Of a DNA stretch of 55,713 bases, positions 46,363-55,713 are shown in pieces (the first letter of the stretch is position 1; each line of letters begins with the position of its first letter). Position numbers and translations under genes: made by a program. Origin of the DNA: a virus (taxonomy: Duplodnaviria > Caudoviricetes). The stretch spans positions 1-55,713 of the IMG/VR virus record IMGVR_UViG_3300037852_000225; one strand, 5' to 3'. The notes beneath the pieces are model-generated. The model saw nothing but the letters and a program-made list of their open reading frames with translations. It was not told the origin of the DNA and did not search any database.

Positions 46363-47700
46363 ATGGCGATCACGCAAGGGACGCTGAACAAACAGTTCGT
46401 GTCCGCAATCAGCTTCCTCGACCAGAGGGAAATAAATCCCAATTTAATTGACCAGTCCAGAGATGCCACTTTCGTAAATATTATGAAACTGGTAGGGCGC
46501 ACAAAGCCCACCTCCGTTCCGATATACAACTACTTTGTTAACAACGATGTATTTGCAACCGGCGTGGTAAACTCTGTATCCTCTGGCTATGGTACTTCTA
46601 TCATAGTATTGGTCCTTACCGCAGCTTCAGGTGGCTATTCCAGACAGGGAGACTGCGTTCGGTTTTCAAATGCCAACGATATTGGCCGCATGGGCCTTAT
46701 CACGAATGTATCCAGCGCATCAAGCGTTGATACCATTACAGTACAGGCTGTTGACGGAAGCCCACTGTATGCTGTTGGAAACGATACGATTGGCTTCATA
46801 AGCAATGCGAATGAAGAACAGTCCGATAAAAAGGCCAACCGCAAAATCGGGGTTACCCGGTTTATTAACCAAGTTCAAATTTTCAAAGAAATAGATGAAA
46901 TTTCTGACGTACAGAAAGTGTCAAAAGTTGAGGTGACCGTTGAAGGCCAGCCTTATTACACCCCTGTAAGTCACATATACAAGGTGAATACCTTAAACGG
47001 AATGATAAGTTCCGCATGTATCCAGGGTGTTCAGTCCGTAACCTTGTTCAGTGATACAAACCCTGTTTTAACGCTTAACAACCGCCCAGTCCAGACTACC
47101 ATGGGCATGGATCAGTATATCAGCACTTTTGGTGCCACTGACCAGGTTGCAACGCTCGGCACCGTCCTTTTGGGGGATGTGGCCAAGATGATTGACAACT
47201 TCATCGCAAACAAGGCCCCGCTTCAGCAAATGGGATTCTCCGGCACGAAAGCGAAGCGTCCATGGTCAAACCTGATGAAAAATTTAGGGTCTTCTGGTAT
47301 TACCTCCGTTCGGTTGGTTATCGATGGAAGGGATGCGGACCTTGAAATAATGAAATGGGAATATTCCAATGCCGAAATGGAATTTGTTCACCTGCCTATT
47401 TTCGATCACCCACAACTGTTCTCACCAACTGTTGTTCCTGATATCGTTGGCAGCATTTACTGGATACCAAAAGACAAGGTAAATGTCGTCGGCGGAGGCA
47501 TGGAAGGACGGCTGCAACTGCGGTATCTTCCAAAGGCCATGGCTGGTGGAACAAGCAACGGTCTTATCACAGAATGGTATACCGGCGCACTGGCTCCTAC
47601 GCCTACATCTTCCGAACAGGTATTCCGCACAGAGTGGATTGCCAATGTCGGTCTTGAAATGTACGGTGTCAAGCACATGCAGAAATACCGTTCAGCATAA
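46363..47700 (+). CDS. Major capsid protein
   Basis: 445 aa after portal and scaffold, NQVQIFKE motif, followed by a strong terminator. Confidence 0.85.
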   Translation: MAITQGTLNKQFVSAISFLDQREINPNLIDQSRDATFVNIMKLVGRTKPTSVPIYNYFVNNDVFATGVVNSVSSGYGTSIIVLVLTAASGGYSRQGDCVRFSNANDIGRMGLITNVSSASSVDTITVQAVDGSPLYAVGNDTIGFISNANEEQSDKKANRKIGVTRFINQVQIFKEIDEISDVQKVSKVEVTVEGQPYYTPVSHIYKVNTLNGMISSACIQGVQSVTLFSDTNPVLTLNNRPVQTTMGMDQYISTFGATDQVATLGTVLLGDVAKMIDNFIANKAPLQQMGFSGTKAKRPWSNLMKNLGSSGITSVRLVIDGRDADLEIMKWEYSNAEMEFVHLPIFDHPQLFSPTVVPDIVGSIYWIPKDKVNVVGGGMEGRLQLRYLPKAMAGGTSNGLITEWYTGALAPTPTSSEQVFRTEWIANVGLEMYGVKHMQKYRSA

Positions 47701-47708
47701 AAAAATAA

Positions 47709-47734
47709 AGGCGGCGTAACTGCCGCCTCTTTTT
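47709..47734 (+). terminator. Rho-independent terminator after the MCP
   Basis: AGGCGGC-GTAACT-GCCGCCT-CTTTTT. Confidence 0.8.
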
Positions 47735-47756
47735 CGTAAACCAAAAAATTATAGCC

Positions 47757-48680
47757 ATGTTAGAAGCAATCGGGAGATATAACCATATCTCCGAAAAAAC
47801 ACGCGAAGAATTACAGGCCCGACTACAGAAGGCCGGTAAATTAGTCGAATACAGATTCGACATTTCCCATTTTCTTCCAGATATAGCCCATGATGGTGAA
47901 AATGAAGTGATTGTCAGGTCAGATAAAAAGGTATACCCAAGGCTGTATACCCTCCGGCCTGTGACATTCAATATCATTGATAAGCATTCCAAACAGTCGG
48001 TACTTATCGGGTTGCCCAATGGATCCGATGAATCGGATGCGAATTTCAGCGTAGCCAGGGTATCTGTACCTGAATACATGAGGGGACTTTTGAGTCTTGA
48101 CCTTACAAATACCGATAACTGGGATATGTTTGCTCTGCTTGAATTGCACCCGGAACATGAGAACGGTATGTACCAGAACAAGAATATGAAAGCCACTTTC
48201 CGCAGGGTCGATAAACTACAAGATGCTCAACAGTCATATAGCAAAAGGGAGCAAAGGGCTGACGCTGTTGCCGTTGCCAGAAATAAAAACCAGCAGGAAG
48301 TTCGTGATTTTGCAGCCGCAATGGGATGGGATGAAACCGAAGATTATACCCTATTGAAAGATCAGGTATTGCAGATGGCAGAGGAAGATACGGCTGCTTT
48401 TGCAAAAGTGGAACAGTCAAACATATCTTACGCAGCCGCTATCAAAAGAGCGATGAACAGGCAGGTCATTGAATTTGTGCCACTGGAGAATAAATTCGTG
48501 TGGGGCTCTAATAAGCAGACGATAGCCGCCCTTGAGCGTTCGGATGGAACCATGAAAGGCATTATCGACAGGTTTAAAGACTGGCTTGAAACATCCAAAA
48601 ATGGTGAGGAAATTTATAACCGGATGCTAAGTTTGATGAAGCCGGAGAAAGCTACAGCAGCAAAGGCGGAAGTGAAATAG
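47757..48680 (+). CDS. Putative head-associated protein downstream of the MCP
   Basis: 307 aa; FALLELHPEH...FRRVD; same position as the conserved post-MCP gene of crAss-like phages. Confidence 0.6.
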   Translation: MLEAIGRYNHISEKTREELQARLQKAGKLVEYRFDISHFLPDIAHDGENEVIVRSDKKVYPRLYTLRPVTFNIIDKHSKQSVLIGLPNGSDESDANFSVARVSVPEYMRGLLSLDLTNTDNWDMFALLELHPEHENGMYQNKNMKATFRRVDKLQDAQQSYSKREQRADAVAVARNKNQQEVRDFAAAMGWDETEDYTLLKDQVLQMAEEDTAAFAKVEQSNISYAAAIKRAMNRQVIEFVPLENKFVWGSNKQTIAALERSDGTMKGIIDRFKDWLETSKNGEEIYNRMLSLMKPEKATAAKAEVK

Positions 48681-48695
48681 AAGTCTGCATTAAGA

Positions 48696-48793
48696 GCAGC
48701 CACATTGAGTAACAACATTAAGATATCCATATAAATTAGCAGTTTTCCATTGATTTTGGTTTACGGCGGCCCTGCATTTTTCAATGTGGCTGC
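48696..48793. repeat. 13-bp perfect inverted repeat with 72-nt spacer
   Basis: GCAGCCACATTGA at 48696-48708 and TCAATGTGGCTGC at 48781-48793. Confidence 0.8.
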
Positions 48794-48820
48794 ATTTGTT
48801 AACAAAAAAAAATAAGTTTT

Positions 48821-49327
48821 ATGGAAGAGCAACAAGCAGCCTGGGATCCGTTCGGCAAACCTGACCAGACCCAGCCAAATGAGGAAATAAAAATATCTGG
48901 GCATGTTATCCCTGCTCCCATGGAAGGGTCGGCGTTGCCGAAAATTCCAGATGACACTCCGCAAAATGTTGCCCAAAGCGAAGATCAGCCGCCGCCTGTA
49001 TTAAAAGAAGCTACCATATCCGGCAGACCAATTTCCACAACGCCGGCCAAAGTAGCAACTGGCCCAGGAGCCAGGATATTAACCTTTCTCAAGGCTTCGG
49101 AGAAGTCCGGATTATGGGAGAATATTACCCCCATCCTTAAAGTAATGCTGTCTGAACACATGACTATAGCCGACATCAAAACAGTCGTCCGTGATCTTTG
49201 GCAAAGCGGCCAGATTTCACTTCCTTCAGCAAATTTTGAACTTTTCGGGACAATCAAATCCGGAGGTGCCCATGCAACTGAATATTACGGCATCGATGAC
49301 ATTAATATTTACGCTAAAATAATTTAG
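48821..49327 (+). CDS. Hypothetical protein; Pro-rich N-terminus, C-terminal domain paralogous to the next gene
   Basis: Shared ILxFL/W/LxxSGQI/GTI/TxYY pattern. Confidence 0.65.
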   Translation: MEEQQAAWDPFGKPDQTQPNEEIKISGHVIPAPMEGSALPKIPDDTPQNVAQSEDQPPPVLKEATISGRPISTTPAKVATGPGARILTFLKASEKSGLWENITPILKVMLSEHMTIADIKTVVRDLWQSGQISLPSANFELFGTIKSGGAHATEYYGIDDINIYAKII

Positions 49328-49329
49328 TT

Positions 49330-49623
49330 ATGGCAGCAATAATTCTTGCATTCCTTTTTGGGAAAGATTGGACAGATATATCCAGTTTCTTAAAAAATAA
49401 CTTCGCTCCCAACACGCAAAATCATCCTATCCTTCATAACAATGATGTGGTAAATATGCAACAGGTATTGGATCAACTTGTAAAAAGTGGGCAGATATTG
49501 GTACAGAATAATCAGCATTTGCAACTTGGGACGATTGATTCAAGAGCTAATTTCGGATCTGATTTAAAAACAAAATACTATGATTTTTCAAACCATAGTA
49601 TAGTTGTCAAAAGAATCAAATGA
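49330..49623 (+). CDS. Hypothetical protein, paralogue of the preceding gene's C-terminal domain
   Basis: ILAFL...W...LVKSGQI...GTI...TKYY. Confidence 0.65.
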   Translation: MAAIILAFLFGKDWTDISSFLKNNFAPNTQNHPILHNNDVVNMQQVLDQLVKSGQILVQNNQHLQLGTIDSRANFGSDLKTKYYDFSNHSIVVKRIK

Positions 49624-50843
49624 GTGACCTGTCTGGTGTCATATCGTTCTCGATTGTGATGGACAAATCACAATCTCCCAGTAAATTAAAATTTATCGAC
49701 AACTCGTCATACCCAATTGGAGTTTCTACTACTGTTACAGGAATAATTTCAATCACGCAGCCGGACGGTGTTACCATCAACGGAAATTTTGCGACCCCTG
49801 ATGTATTTTGGTCTGGTAGTAGTCTCACGCAACCTTTAAAAGAACTAAGACTCGATACAGCAGGAAACTTCCAAAATGGCGCCTACACAATCGTCTATAC
49901 TGTAAGAGCGCCAGGGTATTCCGATACTGTGCTTACGAAATCATTTTCACTTCAGTATACACCTCCCATCCCGATTGTAACACAAGGATTCGATTTATTC
50001 ACCCCCCGTTTAGTCGTCACAGATAGCACCAGTTACGGACAATCAGGATTCAATTTCCTGTCTACAACATGGCAATGGGCGTCTACAATATATTCAGTAA
50101 ATGGAACTCCTCAAACTATTGCCGGAAGTTTACAGACTTTCGATTTGAATTATCAGGGAAGTTATTATGACGCTAAATATACTGTCAACCTAACGGTTAT
50201 CCCAAGCTGGCAGATGGCAGGATTGAACTCATGGGTGACATTAATTGATTCACTGGCTATTCCACAACAAATTTATTACGCTGAAATTCCACCTTCTTAT
50301 ACTGTATTGCTTCAGGGACTCGATGCAATGAAAACGGCTCTTGACGCTGCCAGTTGTAATAACAATGAAGTGTTGACAGAAAATTATTTGCTGGCAGAAG
50401 CGATTTTTTCTCATTATGCGGCCCGTGGGTGCGCCGGAGATTTGGCAGGTCTTAGCTATTATGTTTACCAACTTCAGAAATTATTTAATGGAGGTACAAT
50501 TCCTCCTTATGTAAATACCAATGCTGTTATTCCGGCTTATGTATGGAGTAATTGCAGCGGCGGAAGTTCATCTTGGTCAGGGATTACAGGCAAACCTTCA
50601 ACGGCTGTTATTGAATGGGTGGTAGGAACGGGTGGGTTCCCCGGAAATGGAGCCACAACTCTTACAGATGCAAGGCTGGCTAATGCAAATGTAAGAGTGT
50701 TCAGGAGTGGGCTTAAACAGCTTGGTTCAAATCCTGGAGACGGGACATCTTACTATACTAAAGTTTTCGGAAGTTATGTAGTGTTTTTCTTCCCCGCGCT
50801 GTCAACGGGAGAGGTTTTAAGCGTGGAAAATATCCCCTTGTAA
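49620..50843 (+). CDS. Putative tail hub/fibre-attachment structural protein
   Basis: Beta-rich, NGAYTIVYTV, WSGITGKP fibre-like motif, C-terminal VRVFRSG domain; directly before the fibre gene. Confidence 0.55.
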   Translation: MSDLSGVISFSIVMDKSQSPSKLKFIDNSSYPIGVSTTVTGIISITQPDGVTINGNFATPDVFWSGSSLTQPLKELRLDTAGNFQNGAYTIVYTVRAPGYSDTVLTKSFSLQYTPPIPIVTQGFDLFTPRLVVTDSTSYGQSGFNFLSTTWQWASTIYSVNGTPQTIAGSLQTFDLNYQGSYYDAKYTVNLTVIPSWQMAGLNSWVTLIDSLAIPQQIYYAEIPPSYTVLLQGLDAMKTALDAASCNNNEVLTENYLLAEAIFSHYAARGCAGDLAGLSYYVYQLQKLFNGGTIPPYVNTNAVIPAYVWSNCSGGSSSWSGITGKPSTAVIEWVVGTGGFPGNGATTLTDARLANANVRVFRSGLKQLGSNPGDGTSYYTKVFGSYVVFFFPALSTGEVLSVENIPL

Positions 50844-53800
50844 ATGAAAAAATTAATCATCATATTACTTCTCTTTGGTTCTGCATACGGTCAGAACATT
50901 TCTGTCATTCAAGGGTTGGGCGGTCCAACGACTGAAATTTGGGTAAAAGGGGTTCTCAAGATAGATACAGCGATGGTATGGCCATCTAAAGACACCTTGT
51001 TTACACCTTCTCAGATATTCACAGTTGTCGTGCGTCCACAGGATAAGACGCCTTATATGTGGATCGGCGTCAGATGGGTAGCTTTTGCGCTAACAGGTGG
51101 CACTTATGTGAACTCATTCAACGGAAGGGTCGGCGTTGTGATTCCTTCAAATGGAGACTATACGGCCGCAATGGTAACAAATGCAGTTGACCAGACACAG
51201 GTTTATAACGATCCAACCTGGCTAAACTCACTTTCATATAGCAAACTTATAGCGGTTCCGGCAACACAGACTTTTCTATCCGGATATGGAGTTAATGTGA
51301 CTGGCGGTCCTGCATTCAGCTTCAAATTTGATTCGGCGACCGTACACCCTGTAACTAATATTATTAAGGTCAATGACTCCACCATTGGGTTTACAATAAA
51401 TAATAGACCTACCCAAACGATTCTGATACGGGGAAATGGTGGTGGGACCGGAGGAATAGGAACAGTCACTAATTTTATTTTTACACAGGCAAATGGCATT
51501 TCAGGGTCAGTAACGACCAGCACCAGCACTCCCAATTTGACACTCGGAACATCCGTGAATGGGCTTGTATCAGGCAATGGTGTGGCTTTTTTGCCGACAG
51601 TCATTGGCGCTGGCCTTAGTTATGTTGGAACGACCCTTACCAATACAATCATAAATAATAATCAACTTGCCAATGGATCAAACTTCATAAGCAATATTTC
51701 TGGACTTGTTCAGCCTGGCACCGGACCAATTACACTGACGGGAGCCGGCACACAAGGCAATCCTTATGTTATAAGCGTGGGTGCTTCAGTCGGAGGCGGT
51801 GGCAGTTCAGACTCATTGAAACATTTATTTGTTGACACATCTGCTGCGCCAAGGAATGGATTTGTACTGACATTCGACAGTGTAAACCATAAATGGTATC
51901 TTTCTTCAAAGGGGGGCGGTGCCGGTGGGTCAGTGACACAGTTTGCTTTTACCAATGGAGCTGGGTTTACCGGATCAGTCTCAAATCCTACCACTACCCC
52001 AACTCTTTCGCTTACCATGCAAAATGCAGTTGCCGATGGTGCCACAAAGGGGATAGCTGCGTTTACGACAAATGATTTCCTTTCAGCAAGCGGCGTCATT
52101 TCACTAAACTATGCAGCGGGGCAGAAAGCCACTGGGTCGGTCCCTGGATTCCTGTCGGCGACAGACTGGACGACATTTAATAATAAATTTTCAGGGACAC
52201 TCGCAAACGGAAGTATATTTATTGGAAATATATCAAATTTGGCTACCGCCCAAGTCATGAGCGGCGATGCTACCTTGTCAAATACCGGGGTTATTACCAT
52301 ATCTAACAGTGCTGTGACTTATGCCAAAATGCAGAATGAGACTTCTGCAACAATGCTGGGAAGATATGCCGGGACCAATGGCGTCGTGCAGGAAATAACT
52401 ATTGGAAATGGTATTGCGCTTAATTCAGGAACCGGGGTGCTGTCAGTCAGAATAAATGCGCCGCTTATATTTTCGTCTGGCATTATTACAGCCGATACTA
52501 CCATGACAAATACCTCGCTGGTGACCTATTATCAGCTTACTCATGGTGTGAGGGACTCTATTTTCGTATTAAATGCGGGATCGGCTATCACAAGAATAGG
52601 ATGGGCTTCTGGAAGCGATACTATTTATCTTGGCGGTCTGAAGAACTCGTCAAATATAAATTGGAGTAAAGGAACCGATTCCACTGAAACCGCACAGTTG
52701 ACAACTACCGGAGTGACAGCAGGTTCTTATGTAAACGTATCGGCAACCGTGGATGCGTTCGGAAGAATAACTGCCATGAGCAATGGATCCGGAGGGACTG
52801 TTGTGTCGTCTGTTTCCAGCACTCTTAGTTCGATAACATTCTCACCAACCACTGGAGCAGTATTGGGGGATATCAATCTTGGCCATGCCAATTCATGGAC
52901 GGCAGCACAGAGTTTTGCCGTATTAAACGCATCCAATACAGTCACTTTTACAGGAACGACTTTCAATGCAGGAGGGACGAAGTTCGATGTGATGATTCAG
53001 GATACAACGACAGGTATCTTGTATAGGGAACCTTACTGGCAGACGGATACAACTGGATATGCAGCAGGAAATTTATTTGTAAAATTCAATGGTACAAAAT
53101 TTATTTTAAGTGCTGGTAGTGGAGGTGGAACTCAAAACTTTGAATCCGTTTTAAGTCAGGCTCCAACGAGACTTCTCCAAGACCATTCCAATACATGGAA
53201 TAACCACATCTGGACTAATGATAGTCTGGGGTCATGGAAATACCCTCATCCGGTAGCATCTTTGAGTAGCCCTGTTTTTTATATTGCACCCGATTCAAAT
53301 ACAAACCCAAATAATATAGTTATTTTAAGGGTAGACCAGATTCATAAAAAAAATAACTATGCTCCATTTATGATGGAAATGCTCCCTACGGGAAACGGGG
53401 ACGGAACGGACGATTACGTTTACGCTTACGGGTTTAATATAGATCAGATTTATGATGCGAATGCACTTTCTTTTTCCCGAAGGATGGAATATCGTTATTT
53501 GAATACTCTAATGGAAGAACACCTTCAGCTTAGCTTACCGGGGCGTGAAATATGGAGGGAACAATCTGTTACGGTTAGTACATCAGACTCAATCAAGCGA
53601 AGTACAGGTCTTGAGGCTCATCAAATCAATGCTATTGAGTTCAGGAGTTTAGCCGGTCAGGGAGCAGGAGCTTATGTAGCTTTTAATGACAACCTTGCAG
53701 CTACAACTGCTAATGTTACAATAAGTGAGGCTACTGCGGCTAACTTCAATTTACAAACAGGTTCATCAGGTCAATATACCGGAAGTATAGTAATGCTTGC

Positions 53801-54839
53801 TGCGAGTAGTGGTTTGATGGCTTTTCAAACTGCAACAGGATATACTTTTGATAATCTCGTTCAGCATCTTAATGTAGGCGGCGCTAATGGAGCTTCTGAA
53901 TTTGATTTAATGAGAAGCGATAATACCCCTTTGATGTTTAAACAATACGGAGCCACTTTTACAAACTATAACAACAGATTCAGACTGGCTTATAATGACG
54001 GTACTAATGACATAATGGTTATCCTTCCAAAAAATACCACTACTAATAATCACGATATTCAGCTAGGAGCCATATCAGGAGGAAACTATGCAGATCAGGG
54101 CGGGTCAATGCTTCAGGTATATGGCGGCCTTTACACACAGGCTGATTTTTATTCCGCAGCCGTTCAGGGAACTTCTTATCTCGTAGATAATACGACAATT
54201 TCCGATCCGGTAACAGCTAATAGCGGAACAAGGCCTAGAGTTTCAAATGTGGCTTTTCTTCAGTCCACACTAACAGCTACGCATACGGCAGTTGTATATA
54301 CTGTTGGCAGTAGCTTGTTCGTTCAGGGTCCGCCGATAGCAAGTACAAACGTAACGATAACAAATCCTTACGCTATTGAAATAGGATCAGGATCGCTTTC
54401 AATAGATTTCGATGCTACGCATAACACAACTTTTTCTACAAATTCAACTGGCAATTTAGTAATCACTCCTTCTTCAACGGCTATTATGCCAAACGCAAAT
54501 ATCTCTTACGATTTAGGAACGTCTGCTGCTAACTGGAGAAATGTATATGTAGGCGCTGTCATAGGGGCAAATAATAACGGAGGCGATGCTAATACTTCTA
54601 TTGGTGCTGCTTCTACGACACAGAAACTTCCAACTGTAACTGCTAACCGGACAGTTACGCTTCCGACGATGATACAAGGTCAATGGATTGATATTCTTGT
54701 AACCAATACATCAGGAACATTCCATTGGAGTTTCACTAATACGGTTATTGATATGAGTGGCAACACAATCACAAATCTGGTTAATGGTACAGCCTACAGA
54801 ATTTATTGGGACGGAACAAATTATATAAAAGGAAATTAA
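50844..54839 (+). CDS. Large fibre-like protein with N-terminal Sec signal peptide
   Basis: MKKLIIILLLFGSAYG-Q signal; VNSFNGRVGVV, GFLSATDWTTFNNK, SGDATLSNTG, TGVTAGSY...VDAFGRIT, YDLGTSAANWRNVY fibre motifs. Confidence 0.75.
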   Translation: MKKLIIILLLFGSAYGQNISVIQGLGGPTTEIWVKGVLKIDTAMVWPSKDTLFTPSQIFTVVVRPQDKTPYMWIGVRWVAFALTGGTYVNSFNGRVGVVIPSNGDYTAAMVTNAVDQTQVYNDPTWLNSLSYSKLIAVPATQTFLSGYGVNVTGGPAFSFKFDSATVHPVTNIIKVNDSTIGFTINNRPTQTILIRGNGGGTGGIGTVTNFIFTQANGISGSVTTSTSTPNLTLGTSVNGLVSGNGVAFLPTVIGAGLSYVGTTLTNTIINNNQLANGSNFISNISGLVQPGTGPITLTGAGTQGNPYVISVGASVGGGGSSDSLKHLFVDTSAAPRNGFVLTFDSVNHKWYLSSKGGGAGGSVTQFAFTNGAGFTGSVSNPTTTPTLSLTMQNAVADGATKGIAAFTTNDFLSASGVISLNYAAGQKATGSVPGFLSATDWTTFNNKFSGTLANGSIFIGNISNLATAQVMSGDATLSNTGVITISNSAVTYAKMQNETSATMLGRYAGTNGVVQEITIGNGIALNSGTGVLSVRINAPLIFSSGIITADTTMTNTSLVTYYQLTHGVRDSIFVLNAGSAITRIGWASGSDTIYLGGLKNSSNINWSKGTDSTETAQLTTTGVTAGSYVNVSATVDAFGRITAMSNGSGGTVVSSVSSTLSSITFSPTTGAVLGDINLGHANSWTAAQSFAVLNASNTVTFTGTTFNAGGTKFDVMIQDTTTGILYREPYWQTDTTGYAAGNLFVKFNGTKFILSAGSGGGTQNFESVLSQAPTRLLQDHSNTWNNHIWTNDSLGSWKYPHPVASLSSPVFYIAPDSNTNPNNIVILRVDQIHKKNNYAPFMMEMLPTGNGDGTDDYVYAYGFNIDQIYDANALSFSRRMEYRYLNTLMEEHLQLSLPGREIWREQSVTVSTSDSIKRSTGLEAHQINAIEFRSLAGQGAGAYVAFNDNLAATTANVTISEATAANFNLQTGSSGQYTGSIVMLAASSGLMAFQTATGYTFDNLVQHLNVGGANGASEFDLMRSDNTPLMFKQYGATFTNYNNRFRLAYNDGTNDIMVILPKNTTTNNHDIQLGAISGGNYADQGGSMLQVYGGLYTQADFYSAAVQGTSYLVDNTTISDPVTANSGTRPRVSNVAFLQSTLTATHTAVVYTVGSSLFVQGPPIASTNVTITNPYAIEIGSGSLSIDFDATHNTTFSTNSTGNLVITPSSTAIMPNANISYDLGTSAANWRNVYVGAVIGANNNGGDANTSIGAASTTQKLPTVTANRTVTLPTMIQGQWIDILVTNTSGTFHWSFTNTVIDMSGNTITNLVNGTAYRIYWDGTNYIKGN

Positions 54840-54845
54840 TAAGCC

Positions 54846-55169
54846 ATGAGCAATATAGAAGGAGTGCAGTTAATCACAGCAGCAGGGTCGGTTACGATAA
54901 GTAACGGAGTGAAAATTGTTTATGTAAACCCTGCTTCACTACTCGCAACGCTTGTGCCTACTTTTCCGGCAAATGCTAATGACCTTGACGAATTGTGGTT
55001 TCATTACGGAGGAACAATACTGACAGGGGTAGCCGTTGTAACAGCGCAGACGCTTACTCCAAATTCCGGACAGTCAATCGTTGGAACATTGCTTACCGCA
55101 CCACTCGGAGGAAGCTGTACTGCGTTCAGGTATAGGGGCGCAAATACAACATGGTATAAAATAGTATAG
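54846..55169 (+). CDS. Small beta-rich fibre-associated protein
   Basis: 107 aa ending FRYRGANTTWYKI; follows the fibre gene. Confidence 0.6.
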   Translation: MSNIEGVQLITAAGSVTISNGVKIVYVNPASLLATLVPTFPANANDLDELWFHYGGTILTGVAVVTAQTLTPNSGQSIVGTLLTAPLGGSCTAFRYRGANTTWYKIV

Positions 55170-55274
55170 AGTCACAAATAAACAATAGAAAATCAATAGA
55201 AAAATGTATAAAGTTACCTTAACGATAGGCCAATGGTTAGATTTTTTGAAGAACTTTATGAAAACAAACAAATT

Positions 55275-55713
55275 ATGTGGAAAAAACGTGAAATAATAGA
55301 CATTAAAGGAATGGTATTTGGAAAATTAACTGTATTGGAATTTTCTAAAATGACAGTTCAAGGGGCTGCTGTATGGAAATGTCAATGTGAATGCGGTAAA
55401 ATTGTAGATAAGGTTGGTGTACTTCTAAGAGCTGGGAAGATTAAAAGTTGCGGGTGTTCCAGAATGGAAAATATGTTAAAGGCAATTACTAAGCATGGTG
55501 AAGCAAGAAAAGGACTAATGACAAAGGAACGAATATCTTGGGGGTCAATGAGAGCGAGATGCTTTAATTCTAATAATATCGCTTACAGCAATTACGGAGG
55601 CAGAGGCATAACTGTTTGTCAAAGATGGGCTAATTCATTTGAAAATTTCTTAAAAGATATGGGTAGAGCACCTTCAAGTAAACATTCACTTGATAGATAC
55701 CCAAATAATGATG
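55275..55713 (+). CDS. Partial HNH-type endonuclease (truncated by window end)
   Basis: Manual translation: FGKLTVL...WKCQCECG...KSCGC...WGSMRARC...NYGGRGITVCQRW..SFENFLKDMG...HSLDR. Confidence 0.88.
   Translation, partial: MWKKREIIDIKGMVFGKLTVLEFSKMTVQGAAVWKCQCECGKIVDKVGVLLRAGKIKSCGCSRMENMLKAITKHGEARKGLMTKERISWGSMRARCFNSNNIAYSNYGGRGITVCQRWANSFENFLKDMGRAPSSKHSLDRYPNND

Noticed and set aside
50844-55169. Diversity-generating retroelement acting on the fibre
   Set aside because: No reverse transcriptase and no adenine-variant template/variable repeat pair seen in this window
1-55713. Stop-codon reassignment as in some crAss-like phages
   Set aside because: Genes are long, intact and tightly packed under the standard code; TAG and TGA both end genes at sensible positions
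1-55713. Integrase/att sites and lysis cassette
   Set aside because: No recombinase, endolysin or clear holin recognised; they may lie outside the window, so lifestyle is undetermined

Overview
This window is a contiguous piece of a tailed dsDNA phage (or prophage) genome of a Bacteroidota host. The host call rests on TAnnTTTG/-33 TTTG promoters, a GldL homologue and Gln(+1) signal peptides. The standard genetic code gives intact ORFs throughout. From left to right: (1) an HNH gene, a wHTH gene and an AT-rich GACAAA-iteron region that is probably the replication origin; (2) a minus-strand replication/recombination operon (Prim-Pol/SF3 helicase, PD-(D/E)xK nuclease, SSB, stand-alone DnaA domain IV, RecT-like annealase); (3) a small plus-strand island (RHH repressor, papain-family protease, HNH-AP2); (4) a minus-strand accessory operon with 5 glycosyltransferase-like genes, 2 SAM methyltransferases, KTSC, a truncated GldL, a putative outer-membrane beta-protein and GroES; (5) a long plus-strand crAss-like podovirus morphogenesis region (ring proteins, muzzle, cargo proteins, a 1658-aa polyvalent protein with histidine-phosphatase and zincin domains, TerS/TerL, portal, scaffold, major capsid, fibre). 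The strongest novelty candidates are the phage-borne GldL transmembrane module, a Sec-signal-bearing fibre enriched in Bacteroidota O-glycosylation sequons, and the phosphatase-peptidase cargo protein. All calls are from motif recognition and gene context by eye; no database searches were run.
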